Part shown: in pieces, positions 51,223 through 64,000 of the stretch
Layout of the letters: each line of letters begins with the position of its first letter
How positions within the stretch are numbered: position 1 is the stretch's first letter
Origin: Octopus vulgaris
Lineage: Eukaryota
Length of the DNA stretch: 64,000 nucleotides
Reading direction: 5' to 3'
Assembly (NCBI GenBank): GCA_951406725.2
Contig: OX597815.1
Location: forward strand, 155,806,001 to 155,870,000
The notes under the pieces: generated by a model
Seen by the model: only the letters and a program-made list of their open reading frames with translations
Database searches by the model: none
Told to the model about the DNA's origin: nothing
Made by a program: the position numbers and the translations under genes

Positions 51223-53354
51223 GTGAGCCAGTGGTATTATTAGAGCGTCGGAATAAATGCTTAGCGGCATTTCGTGCATTTTTACGTTCTAAATTTAAAT
51301 TCCACCGACGTCTGCTTAGCCTTTCATTTTTTTTCGAGGTCGATAAAAATAAGTACCAATTGAGTACTAGTGTTGATGTAACCGACTTTCCCCCTCCCTC
51401 AAAAGTTCAAACATTGTGCCTGTAGTAAAAAGATGGCCGAATCGGCAAATTGCCGGAAAATTGCCTTACTAGGCCGGCTTTAACTTTTATATTTTAATAT
51501 AAATATAATACAAGTCAACTACTGTGATCGATTCTATCGATTGCTCAGTTCCACCCCACTACACCCATGAAACAGTTTACAGTCTATAAATCAGTTTCAT
51601 CAGCTTCTTTGTTGACTATTTAAACAATTTCAAGAGTTAAAATTTATTGCAAATTTCTGAAATAGAAATTGATGACATAAATAAAAACAGCAGTGAATTT
51701 TTTTTTTTAAACTTAATCAACTTAAAAAAAATTGGGATTATCTGCGATGTTCAAATTGAAGGAAGCGTATTTGTATCAATTGGACAGTTTATGTAGGAGC
51801 CATTTCATAAGCATAACTGTGTATTGTGGTTGTTTTAACTACGGCAGATAAGTAGGTGTATTGCTGTACTCTGAATGGTCTAAGAGACTGGAATATTTTG
51901 TCGATAAAATAATCTGGTAGTTGGTCTTTAAATCATTGAATTAGCAACATTGCGCTCCATTCACGACCAAATCACAAAATACCAACCCAAGGAATATGCA
52001 TTATTTTCTACAATAAAATGAACGCTCACACAGAGTTCAGGTGTATCGGCGTTTGGAAATTCAGAGTTTTGTACAAAAAGAAACATTGCTTCCATTAGAA
52101 ATGCAAATTTCTACAGGAAAATGTTCACTCACTTACACACAGACACACAAACACGTAGTGAAGCACACACACACACACACACACAGATACACAAACACAC
52201 AGTGAAGCACGCACGCACACACACACACACACTCGCACTTATAGTTTTAAGAATATTACGTTGATGATTAAATCATTGATTCTGATATTTGATTTAATGT
52301 CGCATGAAACACAATCCCACTGGACTGCCGAATAATTTCAGAAAAACAAAGCTGTTGCAGCGATTCCCACGAGTCGTTTTTACACAAGTATATAATGATC
52401 TATTCTCCCTCTCCTTCAACAGTTGGTTGAACAGCAAATGTAATTGTAATTTGCTGTATGCATTTATTTTCACTCTCATTTCATATTTTATGTGCTATGA
52501 AAGATCAAAGCAATACCTGGGAATGCAAACACACGCACTAGTGAATTTGTTCAATAAAATACTTTACCTCGCAAGCACACGCACAACATTTTCAGATACG
52601 GAGCAAGATTTTATCTTATATAAATAGCTGTTCACAGCATTGGAATCTCCAGAGTAAGAGAAACATTTGCATCTCTCTATAAAATTGAGTTCAGTGAGAC
52701 CAGTTGGTAAATAGTGCCAACACAGAAATTGCAAATTGCTTTGATTCATTTTCGATAAATCTAAATCTTGTAGTTTCAGGAACCTGGTTTCTGGATTATA
52801 TATGAATCGGTTCTTTCATATATATCGGTTCTTTCACACGCACACACACATAATCTATACATATATGCATACATACACACATGCATGTATGTATGTATGT
52901 ATGTATGTATGTATGTATGTATGTATGTATGTATGTATGTATGTATGTATGTACGTACGTATGTATATATGCATGCCTCTCTGTATGAATATGTACACAC
53001 ATACACATGCGCAAGTGAATAGCATTGATTTTTTAGTAGATTGATGATATAAAACTTTAAATTTGTAGAATCAAATAAACAATTTCCAATATATTTCTGG
53101 TACTTATTTTATCGATTTCGGCGGAATGAAAATCAACTACAGAGGAATTTTAACAAAAAAAAAAAAAAATAAGGATGAAACTAACAGCTGCAATGCATTT
53201 TGATCAGCATTCAACTCTTTCCGTTATTCTTTTCTCATTTTCATTGTATTCACAGGTTTTCCTACCTTTATACCATTTGTATTTATCTATTAGAATGTAA
53301 AAAGAGAATTATTTAGTTGCTCAACATTAAAGAGTTTATATATATATATATATA

Positions 53355-53548
53355 GGCCTTCGCCATGATAGATCGCTAGCCACTACACATTCTTTATTTT
53401 TTCTCCTTGTTTCTTTCTGTGGAAGAGCGTAGGCGCGAAGCTTTAAATACTTTTTCACTTCCCGAGCGTTATACTAATATACTAATACATCTGTTTGTTG
53501 TCTACACCACCTATCTTCGTCTTTTGTTTTTTTCTGAATTCTTTCCCT
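53355..53548. mobile_element. Unclassified ~190-bp insertion embedded in (TA)n
   Basis: CpG-containing block between TA/CA microsatellites. Possibly a Penelope pLTR-derived remnant (inference). Confidence 0.35.
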
Positions 53549-53641
53549 ATACACACGCACACACACTTATATATATATATATATATATATTAATAATAAA
53601 ATATTAGGGAATAAATCCAAACTTACAGTCGAATCAAATTA

Positions 53642-54678
53642 AAGGTCTATATTGTTTAAGATGGTAGCATACAATTTGGCTGCTATTTCTAAAAGCTTGA
53701 GCCACCGTGTAGACCGTCTTCCATCGGTCTGTATAAATGTATATATAATGAATGCGGTTAATGCTTCTTTTGACTTTTAGCTGCTTAGAAATCGGGAGCA
53801 AAGCGTAAATTTGTTTTAGAGCCCTATGATTTTTTTGTTGTTGCTTTCTTTTAGCCTCAGGTAATCCCTGAACGAGTACATTTACGATTAAATATGCTGA
53901 AACCGCGATCATCTTGTCTAGTTTTCCATGCATAACCTATTATCAAAACTGGTATTCATTCTTTTAAGACAGTCAAATCTCGAAATTAAAGGGAGTTTTG
54001 ACCGCTGTTTTTAGCAGGTTGACTGACAACGTAGAGGTTCCATCATTGGCTACTAATTTTAAAAGTAGGTTTATGAGGATTTAGAGCTTTTAGATATTAT
54101 CAAAAATGTTTTTAAGACTTACTGCAAACGGTTGTGGCATAAAAAATCGTGACCGGCTCATTAGCAATTTAACTCTGCAATCTTGCATTGTTCAGAAAGC
54201 AGTAAAATAGGATTATATTACTAAGAAACAAAGTTCAAAATCTTCAGACGAAAATATTGTTATAATATAGTTTTTGTTTTCAATATTCGAAATATTAATA
54301 TTACCTTGCGTGTTAAAACGTCTTACATAGAAATTTATGTTATCTAATTTCTATTTTTGTTTTGGCAATTCCCGGGGGTATATTCTTCAAATTGTAGCTT
54401 TGTTCTATAGTATTTGCTTTGTCAGTGTAAAGGCTTTTACCCCATGTTGTTAGTAGGTATCTAATGAATCCTTTTTGAAATCATAATACGCGTAAGAATC
54501 ATTGGTTAGGTTGTTGTATAGCCCCATATAGACCCATGATTAATATCCATAATTAATGACCTTTCTGTTGTAAAATAATGTTTCAAGGTCTATATTGTTT
54601 AAGATGGTAGCATACAATTTGGCTGCTATTTCCAAAAGCTTGAGCCACCGTGTAGACCGTCTTCCATCGGCCTGTATA
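53642..54678 (+). repeat. 94-bp direct repeat pair (53642-53735 and 54585-54678)
   Basis: Identical except for 2 substitutions. Confidence 0.9.
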
Positions 54679-57663
54679 GTTCAGTTTCTTGCTGGTTAAA
54701 CGCAGGTGAACTCTTATGAAACCCATTTATCCACAAAAATGTTCCAGCGTTAACCATTTCACCCTTTTGTTAAGTACGATGCATCAAGCACTACATTGTT
54801 CCCTATTATTCGTTTATCTTTTTTAAAGATGGAAATGCCTAATTTAATTTGAGATTTGATATGGAGCGATTGCGTAGAAGCTCTCTTTTTCATTTGATTC
54901 GACTGATTTAGATACAAAACAGAAACCGGTTTCACGATGCCGATATTTTAGTACCCATAGTTTCAGTAGAAGCTATCAACATTTTAAAACCTGTTTGTGT
55001 TTGTTACACATGATTATTAAGGATTGATTGTTGGTTATTATTTTCTGCATGCGATTCATGGCGTTAGGATCGTTATTTTTCTACATTGCTAGTGCAAGTT
55101 TTAAATTCAGACTTAACCTAGGGAGATGTTTATATGTTGGACAAGTACAAATATGGTGAACCGAATATAATCGAAATGCAGTGTAAAAAGCTAAGAGAGA
55201 ACTCGTAAGCGCGCGCGCACACACGGTGTTAATAAACTAAAATTTTTTGCACTGTAATGAGTGGAAATTAGGAAGGAAGTGACATTCATACTGACCAGTG
55301 TTAAGGAATTCAAACTGAAAATTGGCATCAGTTTGAGATACCTTTTCGTTGTTATGAATAATAAAGAAATTTATCAGTGTTCGACATTGTTCGCCAGCAA
55401 TATAATAATATTTTATCAATTTGGATATTTAAAGAAGCAAACAGTAGTTAGTGTTAGATACCCAATTTTTCCATTGAATGAATGATGTTCATTTGATTAA
55501 ACTTAGAAGAGTTACTTAAAATTAATGTAAACAGTCACAAGTGTCAATATGTAGTGAAGTGCTATCAAGACGATTTTGCAACTGGTTTTGAAAATAGTAT
55601 GACTGTTTTCGAAGTACAAAATAATCATAGTTAATGTTTATAAAACTCTAAACGACATCAGAAAATCAATTATAAATAGCAAGTTGTCTTTTTCTCTTTT
55701 TGTTGGCTAGAAATTTTAGAAATGATTGAGCTTGTATTTTGTCAAGTTCATTTAGAATTAATAATATCTTAAGCGTCTAATTTACATCTGTCAAACATTT
55801 TGTGGCAAGGATGTCTAGAAAGTTGAAATGTATTTTAACTCTAGAATGAAAATCTAAGTATTTTATTTTGTAGATAATAGCAATAATTGGGATATTACAA
55901 ATATTTTGACTATATTTGCATCAGCATGGCCGCAGCTCTGAGCTGAAACAAGAAAAACGAAAAACGAATATAATGATCTTATCTGCAGAAAAAAATATCA
56001 GTAGGGATGTATCTACAGCTGTCTTTAAAGAAGCAAACACATACATACATACAATGTTTACGTCTCATGCTCAACTGGATAATTTATTGATATTATTTTT
56101 GAACACTTTAAGCCCCATCCTTTCCATCATAATCCTATAACGGTGGACTCTAAACTAGAAGGAATTACCCCAAATGGCGTAGAAACCGCTTTGAGATGGG
56201 ATAATATCAAGCGAAAGGCGTCTGCATTTTCATCAACCTTAATGTAAGGCAAATCATGAACCCTCATGAGTTGCGCTTTCATTTTGTACCAAAAAGGCAT
56301 AGAACAAATAGCAAACGCTAAGCCATATGTGGAGGTATTTAGTTAATGTCAATCCTTTTTCTTTTTAATTCTTAAATCGAACTTTTGCTAAAAGTAAGTT
56401 GTTTGGCATTCCACATGATGTCAGGGCATATACCACAGGAGGTCAGAGGAGCGAGCTCTGACTAGTTGTCTTAGCTTAGCTTAGTTTAGCTGGACATCAT
56501 TTTAGTCGTAATAATCTGGCCTATATTTCTCTCGTGCTACTAGATTCGATTTGTAGCCAGACTATCACTTCTGGAGGGTTTGGAATAATCTTAGAAGGTG
56601 GAAAAACTCATATATACTATACTGGACATAAAAGACATGGATCCTACAAATCTAATTATAAGATTAAAACAGTTGAATATGATGAGATTTTGAAATTAAA
56701 ATATGTACTGCATCACATCTGTATTATGCCTTTTTGTTTCCAAAAGTTTAGGTAACTTACTCACTTTTGTATCATGGATCGAAGGTGGGATCTGTTTGTG
56801 CTTTTTTTTTTATCAAATTTTTAAATTTTTATAATTTATCTGCATGAGTAAATATAGCTGTTATTCTACTCGTCAAGAATGTAAGGACTGCGTATACTAA
56901 TTAATTAGTTGTGAGTTACATAGTTTTAGAAAGGACACGGGAACAGGATCAAGTGTAGCTAAAGAACTTAAACCGAGAATTGAAGCTGGATCGTGGACTC
57001 TGAAACGTCAGAAGTTTAACATCAACTGAGTACAAGAGCGCAATGTATAAAAACTGATATTTTCAAAATAAGCACTGAAAATATAATATTGAGGATTAAA
57101 TTTCATTAATGGCGCATATATTTCTAGCTAACCGCTTGACAGCAAAAGGATGTATATAACTGTACATACCTTTGTGTCATTCTGTCTAGCTACAGCATCT
57201 GTGACAATTAGACAACATACAGGATCCTTACAACATGAGCCCTGATTCGTTTCCTGTGAAAAAGAGTAGGGCATAAGAGTCTTTTGACGTGATTAGAAAC
57301 CAATCGGCTCGCAGGCTTATGTTCGCTCTACTACTACGAATAAGCAGGTCTCCAAGATCAAAGATGATCTTGAATGCAAGAAAAAACAGAAATGTGTTTG
57401 TATTTTTTTTTTTGTATATTTTTGTTTTTGTCATTTTAAGTTTGGATATTTTGTTTTCTTGGTTAATTCAAATTTTCGTTTCACCTTTAAAAATATTCAA
57501 CAGCAATATTACATATCCGTAAAGTATATAAAAATTATCAATCGTTGTTACATGAATCTTGTTATTAAATGCTGATATTAATAATTCACTATCTAAATTA
57601 ATTCGATTTTTCTGAATGTAGGTCAATATTGATTTGACAACAATTATATATATTTCGTTGTAT

Positions 57664-58000
57664 CTCGGAAGGAAAATTATGCCAATAATAAGCACGCGTA
57701 AGGTTTCTATTTCACTTCCTTTTGCTGTTATTGGCCCATTCTTTAATCATTCAACCAATTAGTTCATTGATTTTTAGATTAGCCTTTCAATCAATCAACT
57801 AGGTTTGTCAAAGTCAGAGAGTATGTCATTGACGAGGTCGTGGATGGAAACAAAAGGACTTTGAAAATTCTAGTTGATTGATTGATAATCAAACAGAAGA
57901 TGTATTAATTGGTTAAATGGTTAACCAATTGACTAATAGTAATATTAATGGTGAACTAGAAGCAGTGTGTGTTTAATATTGGCATTATGACTCTCCCGAG
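57664..58000. mobile_element. Decayed foldback element/MITE
   Basis: CTCGGAAGGAAAATTATGCCAATAATAAGCAC pairs with GTGTTTAATATTGGCATTATGACTCTCCCGAG. TCAATCAATCAACTAG..TCAAAGTC pairs with GACTTTGA..CTAGTTGATTGATTGA. A related arm fragment lies at ~12690-12800. Confidence 0.75.
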
Positions 58001-58534
58001 GTGCAAAAATAATCTGTTTCAACATACGACTTCACATCAAGTATCTCGCAAACCAAATACATTATATATTCATTATATACATATCACTAGGTTCAACCAG
58101 TGGGCTGTGGCCTAACTATAAAAGAAGTTGCATTTGAAAATCGAAGCTCAGTGTCTGTAGATTAGTCTTCGGTTACCTTTAATTATGAAAATGACAGAAA
58201 ACTACTACATTAATTCATATTTTGTTTTTGTTAAGATTAGCTCCGATTCAAAGAACAAGTATAAAACGAATAATGAATAGATTAAAAATTCTTAATCTAC
58301 ATACTAAATAACCTAAACTTGAATTTATTATTTTTTTCAAATTCAATTTCGTGTACTAACAAAAGCCAGAACTCCATTTCTATCGGATTTTAGGCAACAT
58401 GAAATTCAATTCATATCTCATCTAAGATAATTTTGCTATTTTATTAGAGCAATGCATTTTGTTTTTGTTTCTGAATTACCAAATTATATTTATAAATGTA
58501 TGTGCATACATACATACATACATACATACATACA

Positions 58535-58566
<32 letters not shown>

Positions 58567-59309
58567 CACACGCACGCACGCACACACACATATCCACGCA
58601 TACACACGAAATCACTGCTTATTTTCAAAGTATGCTGAAAAATCACTGGTTTTAGTAATGACATATTTATATTAAAACGCGCATACATTATTTGTAATTG
58701 GAAATTCAGAACCAAAACAAAAGTGCAATGCTTTGTCAACAAATAAGTAAATATACATATGTGCGTGTGTGCATGAATGTATGCGTGTGTATGTATATTT
58801 ATTTATGTGTGTGTATATATGAATATATATTTGTGTTTAAATGATATAAGTTCAAGCAGTATGTATGTATTATATATTATATACAAGTTTAAACCATATT
58901 TATATATATGAATTATATTATGTTTATAGTCGACTTCCAAAAGGACAGAAATTAGGACAGAAATCAGTTAGTGGTGCCCTCTCTAGGGAAACACATACAG
59001 TTATACTACAAGCGTGAAATCCGCCGGATTAAATGCTTTAGTTGAACAAAGACTTTTTAAATATATCCTTACTCAAGGAAAAATATCGTAGGGGTGGTTT
59101 GGTATCCAGCGTAAGTGTACAGATTTTTCATGTGGTTTTTAATCAACAGTAATTATTAGATCACCGAGTATAATTATTTTAAGTTCACAAGTGGTAAAAT
59201 ATTGGACATGTCCTTCTTGAATTAGGATGTGTCCAAAATTACCTTTATTTATAAAAATGCGCAGTCACTTTTGAGCAGAAAAGTCTTGAATATAGATTTA
59301 GTTACACAC

Positions 59310-59790
59310 CAAACACGAAAAATCAATATCAAACACAAGACCAAGAAATCTAAAGATACATGCTCATTCAGGAACCTTTATACATGTCCACTAGACAAAT
59401 GCTGCAACGAAGAAGCAATAATTTATAAGGCAGAGGCCATTGTAATATAACCCGATCTAATAGAAATACATGAACGTTACATAGATACAGCAGAAGGAAA
59501 TATATGCAAGGAGTTTATGATCAATGTCACTCTTTTAAACATAAAGATAACGGAACAATACCATATTAGTCCACAACACTTTATAACTAAAACAAAAAGG
59601 TCTTAGACTACAAATCTTGGAAAGATCTCTAGAATCTACCAAACTGGAAGTAAACGATGCTACCACGTGCACAATGCCAAAGAGGAAAATCCTCAAAAGT
59701 CCTTCAACAAAACCTCCATTTAAATACTTGATACATAGGGGCTCGGGAAATGCAAAGACCTATTACACAAACGGAAAACACAACTTTCCC
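59310..59790 (+). mobile_element. Penelope-like element GIY-YIG fossil (second lineage)
   Basis: TCSFRNLYTCPLDKCCNEEAIIYKA...RYIDTAEG...HSFKHKDN...YQTGSKRC matches the CxCR...CPL..xC...IVYKA...YIG.TE...H..SF...C pattern of PLE endonucleases. Confidence 0.7.
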
Positions 59791-60411
59791 CTAGCTAGAA
59801 TTACATATATGCACAAACTTTTGTTGATGTTTAAAACTCAGTATACCTTTGCTGTCTCTTGCTCAACATTCTTTCGTCCATCATTCAGTAACAATATTTT
59901 GTTTTCCCTTCTTCAGCACATCTACGTGTAACTCAACTCTTATTATTCCTTCTATTAATGGAGTTTAATCTCTCGTAGTCACATTCGTCTGTTCTAAACA
60001 GTTACATAATTTTTCATTGAAATCCAATAACATATTTAAGGGAAGTAATTTGTATTTTACCCGAGAGCGGGGGAGATATTTGCTTTGACGCAGAGTAAAG
60101 CTTAGTATTTTTCAAAATATTTCTCGTATTATTCTTTACTGTGTGGAAAGAAGAAGGAAACTATGAAATTAATGGAAGCCCACTCATTAACCACGTATTG
60201 ATTTATAATTACGTGAGTGTAAATATTTGTAGTTGATTGTGTGGTGACAGTTTCATTATTTATGCTGGTGAACCGTAAGTTATCGTTTTAATTCTAGATG
60301 TATAAGTGTAGGTTTCCATCAGTATGAAACGTTGGGTTCCAGAAAATTAATATAAATTCAAACAAATAGAGTGCGCGCTCGTGAGTGCATTTGTGCGTAT
60401 ATTGTGCAAAA

Positions 60412-60465
<54 letters not shown>

Positions 60466-60865
60466 GGCGCAGGAGTGGCTGTGTGGTAAGTAGCTTGTTT
60501 ACCAACCACATGGTTCCGGGTTCAGTCCTACTGCGTGGCACCTTGGGCAAGTGTCTTCTACCATAGCCTGGGGCCGACCAAAGCCTTGTGAGTGGATTTG
60601 GTAGACGGAAACTGAAAGAAGCCCATCGTATATATGTATATATATGTATGTGCGTGTATGTTTGTGTGTCTGTGTTTGTCCCCCTAGCATTGCTTGACAA
60701 CCTATGCTGGTGTGTTTATGTCCCCGTCACTTAGCGGTTCGGCAAAAGAGACCGATAGAATAAGTTCTGGGCTTACAAAGAGTTGCCCGATTAAAGGCGG
60801 TGCTCCAGCATGGCCGCAGTCAAAATGACTGAAACAAGTAAAAAGAGAAAAAGAGAGAGAAAGAG
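60466..60865 (+). mobile_element. SINE family B, near full length
   Basis: tRNA-like head GGCGCAGGAGTGGCTGTGTGGTAAG...GGTTCAGTCC, CORE-like GCACCTTGGGCAAGTGTCTT, internal (TA/TG)n tract and (AAAGAG)n tail. Confidence 0.9.
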
Positions 60866-61549
60866 AATATATATATATATATGTATCGATCCGGTAATAG
60901 ATTATGATTGATCTGCCATTATATAGAATACAGTATAGCAAAAATTTACACATGCATATATCACATGTATCATGTACATGTTGTTGAGGCAGCATGTCGA
61001 TGTTGCTATGTAGGAAATAGATGTTGATTACCCAACCAATAAAACAAATAAACTATTGATTTTAGAACACGCATACACCAGAACGAATAAACTACTTTTA
61101 ACGTATACGGTCAAATTATAAATTCCGTTTTTGTTCAAATCTGAATTACAAAATGTACGCTTTTGAGTTTAAAAATCACATTCAAATGAAATTTGTTCTT
61201 TTCTATGATTATTACGTTGAAATTTTAGGCAGTTCCCTTGACTTTCACAAGAACGAAAATACTTTCAAGTATCTTACTTCCTCTACTTTGCAGAGTCAGA
61301 TTTTACTTTCTTACAAAATAATCCTCACCAATCAGGAAATTCGTAAGTCTCGATATTTCGCTAAAATCTTAGTCCTCGAATGTTTCCAACATATTTGTCT
61401 ATGTTGAAACATTGCTCCTGTTGAAGTCGGTTTGTGGTCGTACGATATCATATCGTATAGCTATCTATTTGTTTGTCTGATAGTCCTCAACCTTACACCT
61501 CAAGTGATAGGCTATGTCCGTTTGAAAACAAATTAACCGATATTGTTTC

Positions 61550-62050
61550 CTAGCCTGAAGATATAGTGTGTGTTAATTCCACTGTAATCAAATTCTACTT
61601 TCATTGCTGGCCATAGTGTAGTTTCGTTTTGCTATTGGAACATGAGAATTCAGAACATTTTTATGAAGCTCATTAACGGTTTCTCCACTTACTCTTTGTT
61701 GCAGGAGAGGTGGATGTTGATACAATAGTTGCATTCCCCTTTCAATCTGAGACAATCCGTTACAGAGACGCTAGCGCCCAGTAGTTTTCTAGCTGGTTTT
61801 CTCTTGTTGAGCATAGAAGTCGCACAAAATACTGTTTGTATACTGTAATTGGTCCCATGATTCCGAAGGTTTTATGCTCAATTTTCGGTTGCTCGGTTTC
61901 GTCACATCTGGTCATCTGATAGACATATTCTCTGTGAATAGACGGAGTCTAAATCGAGAGAGATATCCATTTCTGTCTCCTTTCAGAACTTGATATCAAC
62001 ATAGTTCAAGAGTGTTGGATGTTCTAATTCAAACTCTCTTTCATTGTAGA
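61550..62050 (-). mobile_element. Possible very old LINE APE-endonuclease remnant
   Basis: Minus-strand ILCDFYAQ (cf. GDFNA) and TLWPAMKVEFDY (cf. TW...IDY) in the expected order. Weak match. Confidence 0.25.
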
Positions 62051-64000
62051 AAGCAATGAAAATGTCGTGAATTTATGCAACTTCTCTTGAGTGGGCTAGT
62101 ACAAAGCACCATCCATGACTCTCGGGTAAAATGTGTTGGTGATGTGCCGCTCAGAATGCAGTGCTCGGCGTTTTATACCACAATCACTAGACATCCACTA
62201 CTAAAGTACACAATACATAATTATGAACACCACTAGGTATATATATTAAAATATATACGTAATTCTTATACAAATATAATATGTATACATATATATACAT
62301 ATATGTGTGAGTGCATGCGTGTTTGTGAGAATGCATGAGTACTCCCTATTACTTGCTCAGTATATATGTACATAAAAACATATATTCACGTTTACCGTGT
62401 ACATCCGGTGTCTTTGCCTGTAGTAAGAAGCAACTAAAAGGATGAATATGAAGAAGGGCATCCGGCTATGAAGCACTGCTTCAAAAATTCCTGTCCAACT
62501 CATGTCAGTATAGAAAAGCAGACATAATATCCATAATGATAATATATACACAGCATAAAGTAAATATACAGGTGTGTGTGTGTGTGTCTGTAATATGTAT
62601 ATATTTATAATATTTATATTTCTTTCAAACACACACACACACACACACATTTATGTACCCATACGTGATTGTGCGTGGCTAAGAATTTCCCCTTGCAAAT
62701 ATCAGCTTCCGGATTGCATTCAGCTGCGCAGCACCTATTACACCTGTTTTCTAAAATAGACTAGGATTGAGTGGAATTCAGCAGACCGAATCGAAGCTAT
62801 GCAGGAGCCCGGGGTAATGGAATTGTGCCGAAAGACGAGACATGGAAGAACAAGAATTCTCCTCCTCACTGGCATGTTTGTCACGGCTGGAGTCGAGATT
62901 ACATTAAAAGACATGCATGCTTGCCCGAGGTGCCATGCTCTGGAATCTGACTCGGAATTACATCGTCGTGAAAAGAACGGTTTAACCATACAGCTATAGC
63001 GATTTAGAAGCCTTTTCTATTGACGAATAATAAATTTGACATGGATGTGATATAGTAGCAATAATAAAACCGGACGTGGAATTTATATAGTGGTTAGATG
63101 TCAATGTTATCGGTTGCATTCAAATAAATAATGGTTCCTATACAAACATATTTAAACTGCTCATCAATAATATAATACAATAGAAATATAATTCAAACGT
63201 TCTTCTGTAGCTGAAATTATGTGCAGAATCTAAGAGCTTTCTTTATATCTGAGCGTTTTAATAACTCTACAATGGAAATTTAAAGGAGATACAGCGAAGA
63301 AACACGAGACCCTGTTTTAAGAAATGGATAAATTTTGTAATAACTTGCTGACTTCAGAACACATCATGTGTACAAACTGGAGAACCAGAATCAACAGAAG
63401 CCGATCACTCAGTTATAAATGTTTCTGTTTTACAAAAATCAAACAATTGAATATATCACTTGTGCAAGATGAGTATATATCGATTGGATTATCGATTAAG
63501 TGATTGATTTGCTATTGCATTGAAAACAATATAGCAGAAATATAATGGGTAACCGAATACGAAATCTTTTATTTTCTTTCAAAATGCAACTTTATCTGCA
63601 TTTATTGAAATATTTCCTTTTATTTGATGACGACAAATAAGTAGGTATAAATTCTAAGGATAACACGATAAACAGATAAATATATTTTATATGAAATATA
63701 TATAATTTTCAAAATCTATTTTGTATGCAAGATATGAAATAATTATTAAGTCTGAAAAGCCTCTGTAACATAAACGTTTTTGGAAATCTTAAAAAAATAT
63801 CTAATCCAAGTATATAAATAGCTTGAAGGGAAAAGATCTGCATTAAGAAACAATTTACACTTTAACAGAATGAAACCAATTATCAACGAATAAAAATACG
63901 CCATGAGAGACTCGCTGAGTATTGATTTAGAATTTCTTTTCAAAAGATAAAGTTTTGAATTTGTGATACAATTGAAGATAATTAATATTTGGTAAATGTT

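Noticed and set aside
52596-52660. Plus-strand YGARFY resembling a FERM F2/F3 linker
   Set aside because: Wrong strand relative to the FERM exon, and it is followed immediately by a stop.
53416-53450. Hammerhead-like TGGAAGA-GCG TAGG CGC-GAAG
   Set aside because: Core nucleotides are mutated and there is no stem I. At most a dead remnant.

Overview
AT-rich, repeat-dense eukaryotic (animal) DNA. The very high microsatellite load and the tRNA-derived SINE families look like an octopus/coleoid cephalopod genome (inference). Almost all ORF-track entries are microsatellite or TE artefacts. Only one host exon is well supported: minus strand 817-1102, canonical AG/GT, encoding a divergent talin/kindlin-type FERM F3 (PTB-like) lobe. 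The rest is intron or intergenic DNA. It holds a mariner fossil, two Penelope-like fossils, an R4/Dong-type RT+RLE LINE patchwork with a Tx1/L1 ORF2 fragment, piggyBac- and hAT-type MITEs, three foldback elements and several SINE families. The most notable structure is a 1.63-kb retroelement (28818-30448) bounded by a perfect 22-bp target-site duplication. It encodes only a Tx1/L1-type ORF1 (CCHC knuckle, no EN/RT) and shares its 3' tail with the most abundant SINE, which itself forms head-less concatemers and nested self-insertions. CpG content also appears to shift near 21 kb, from depleted on the left to retained on the right. All calls were made by eye, without database searches.
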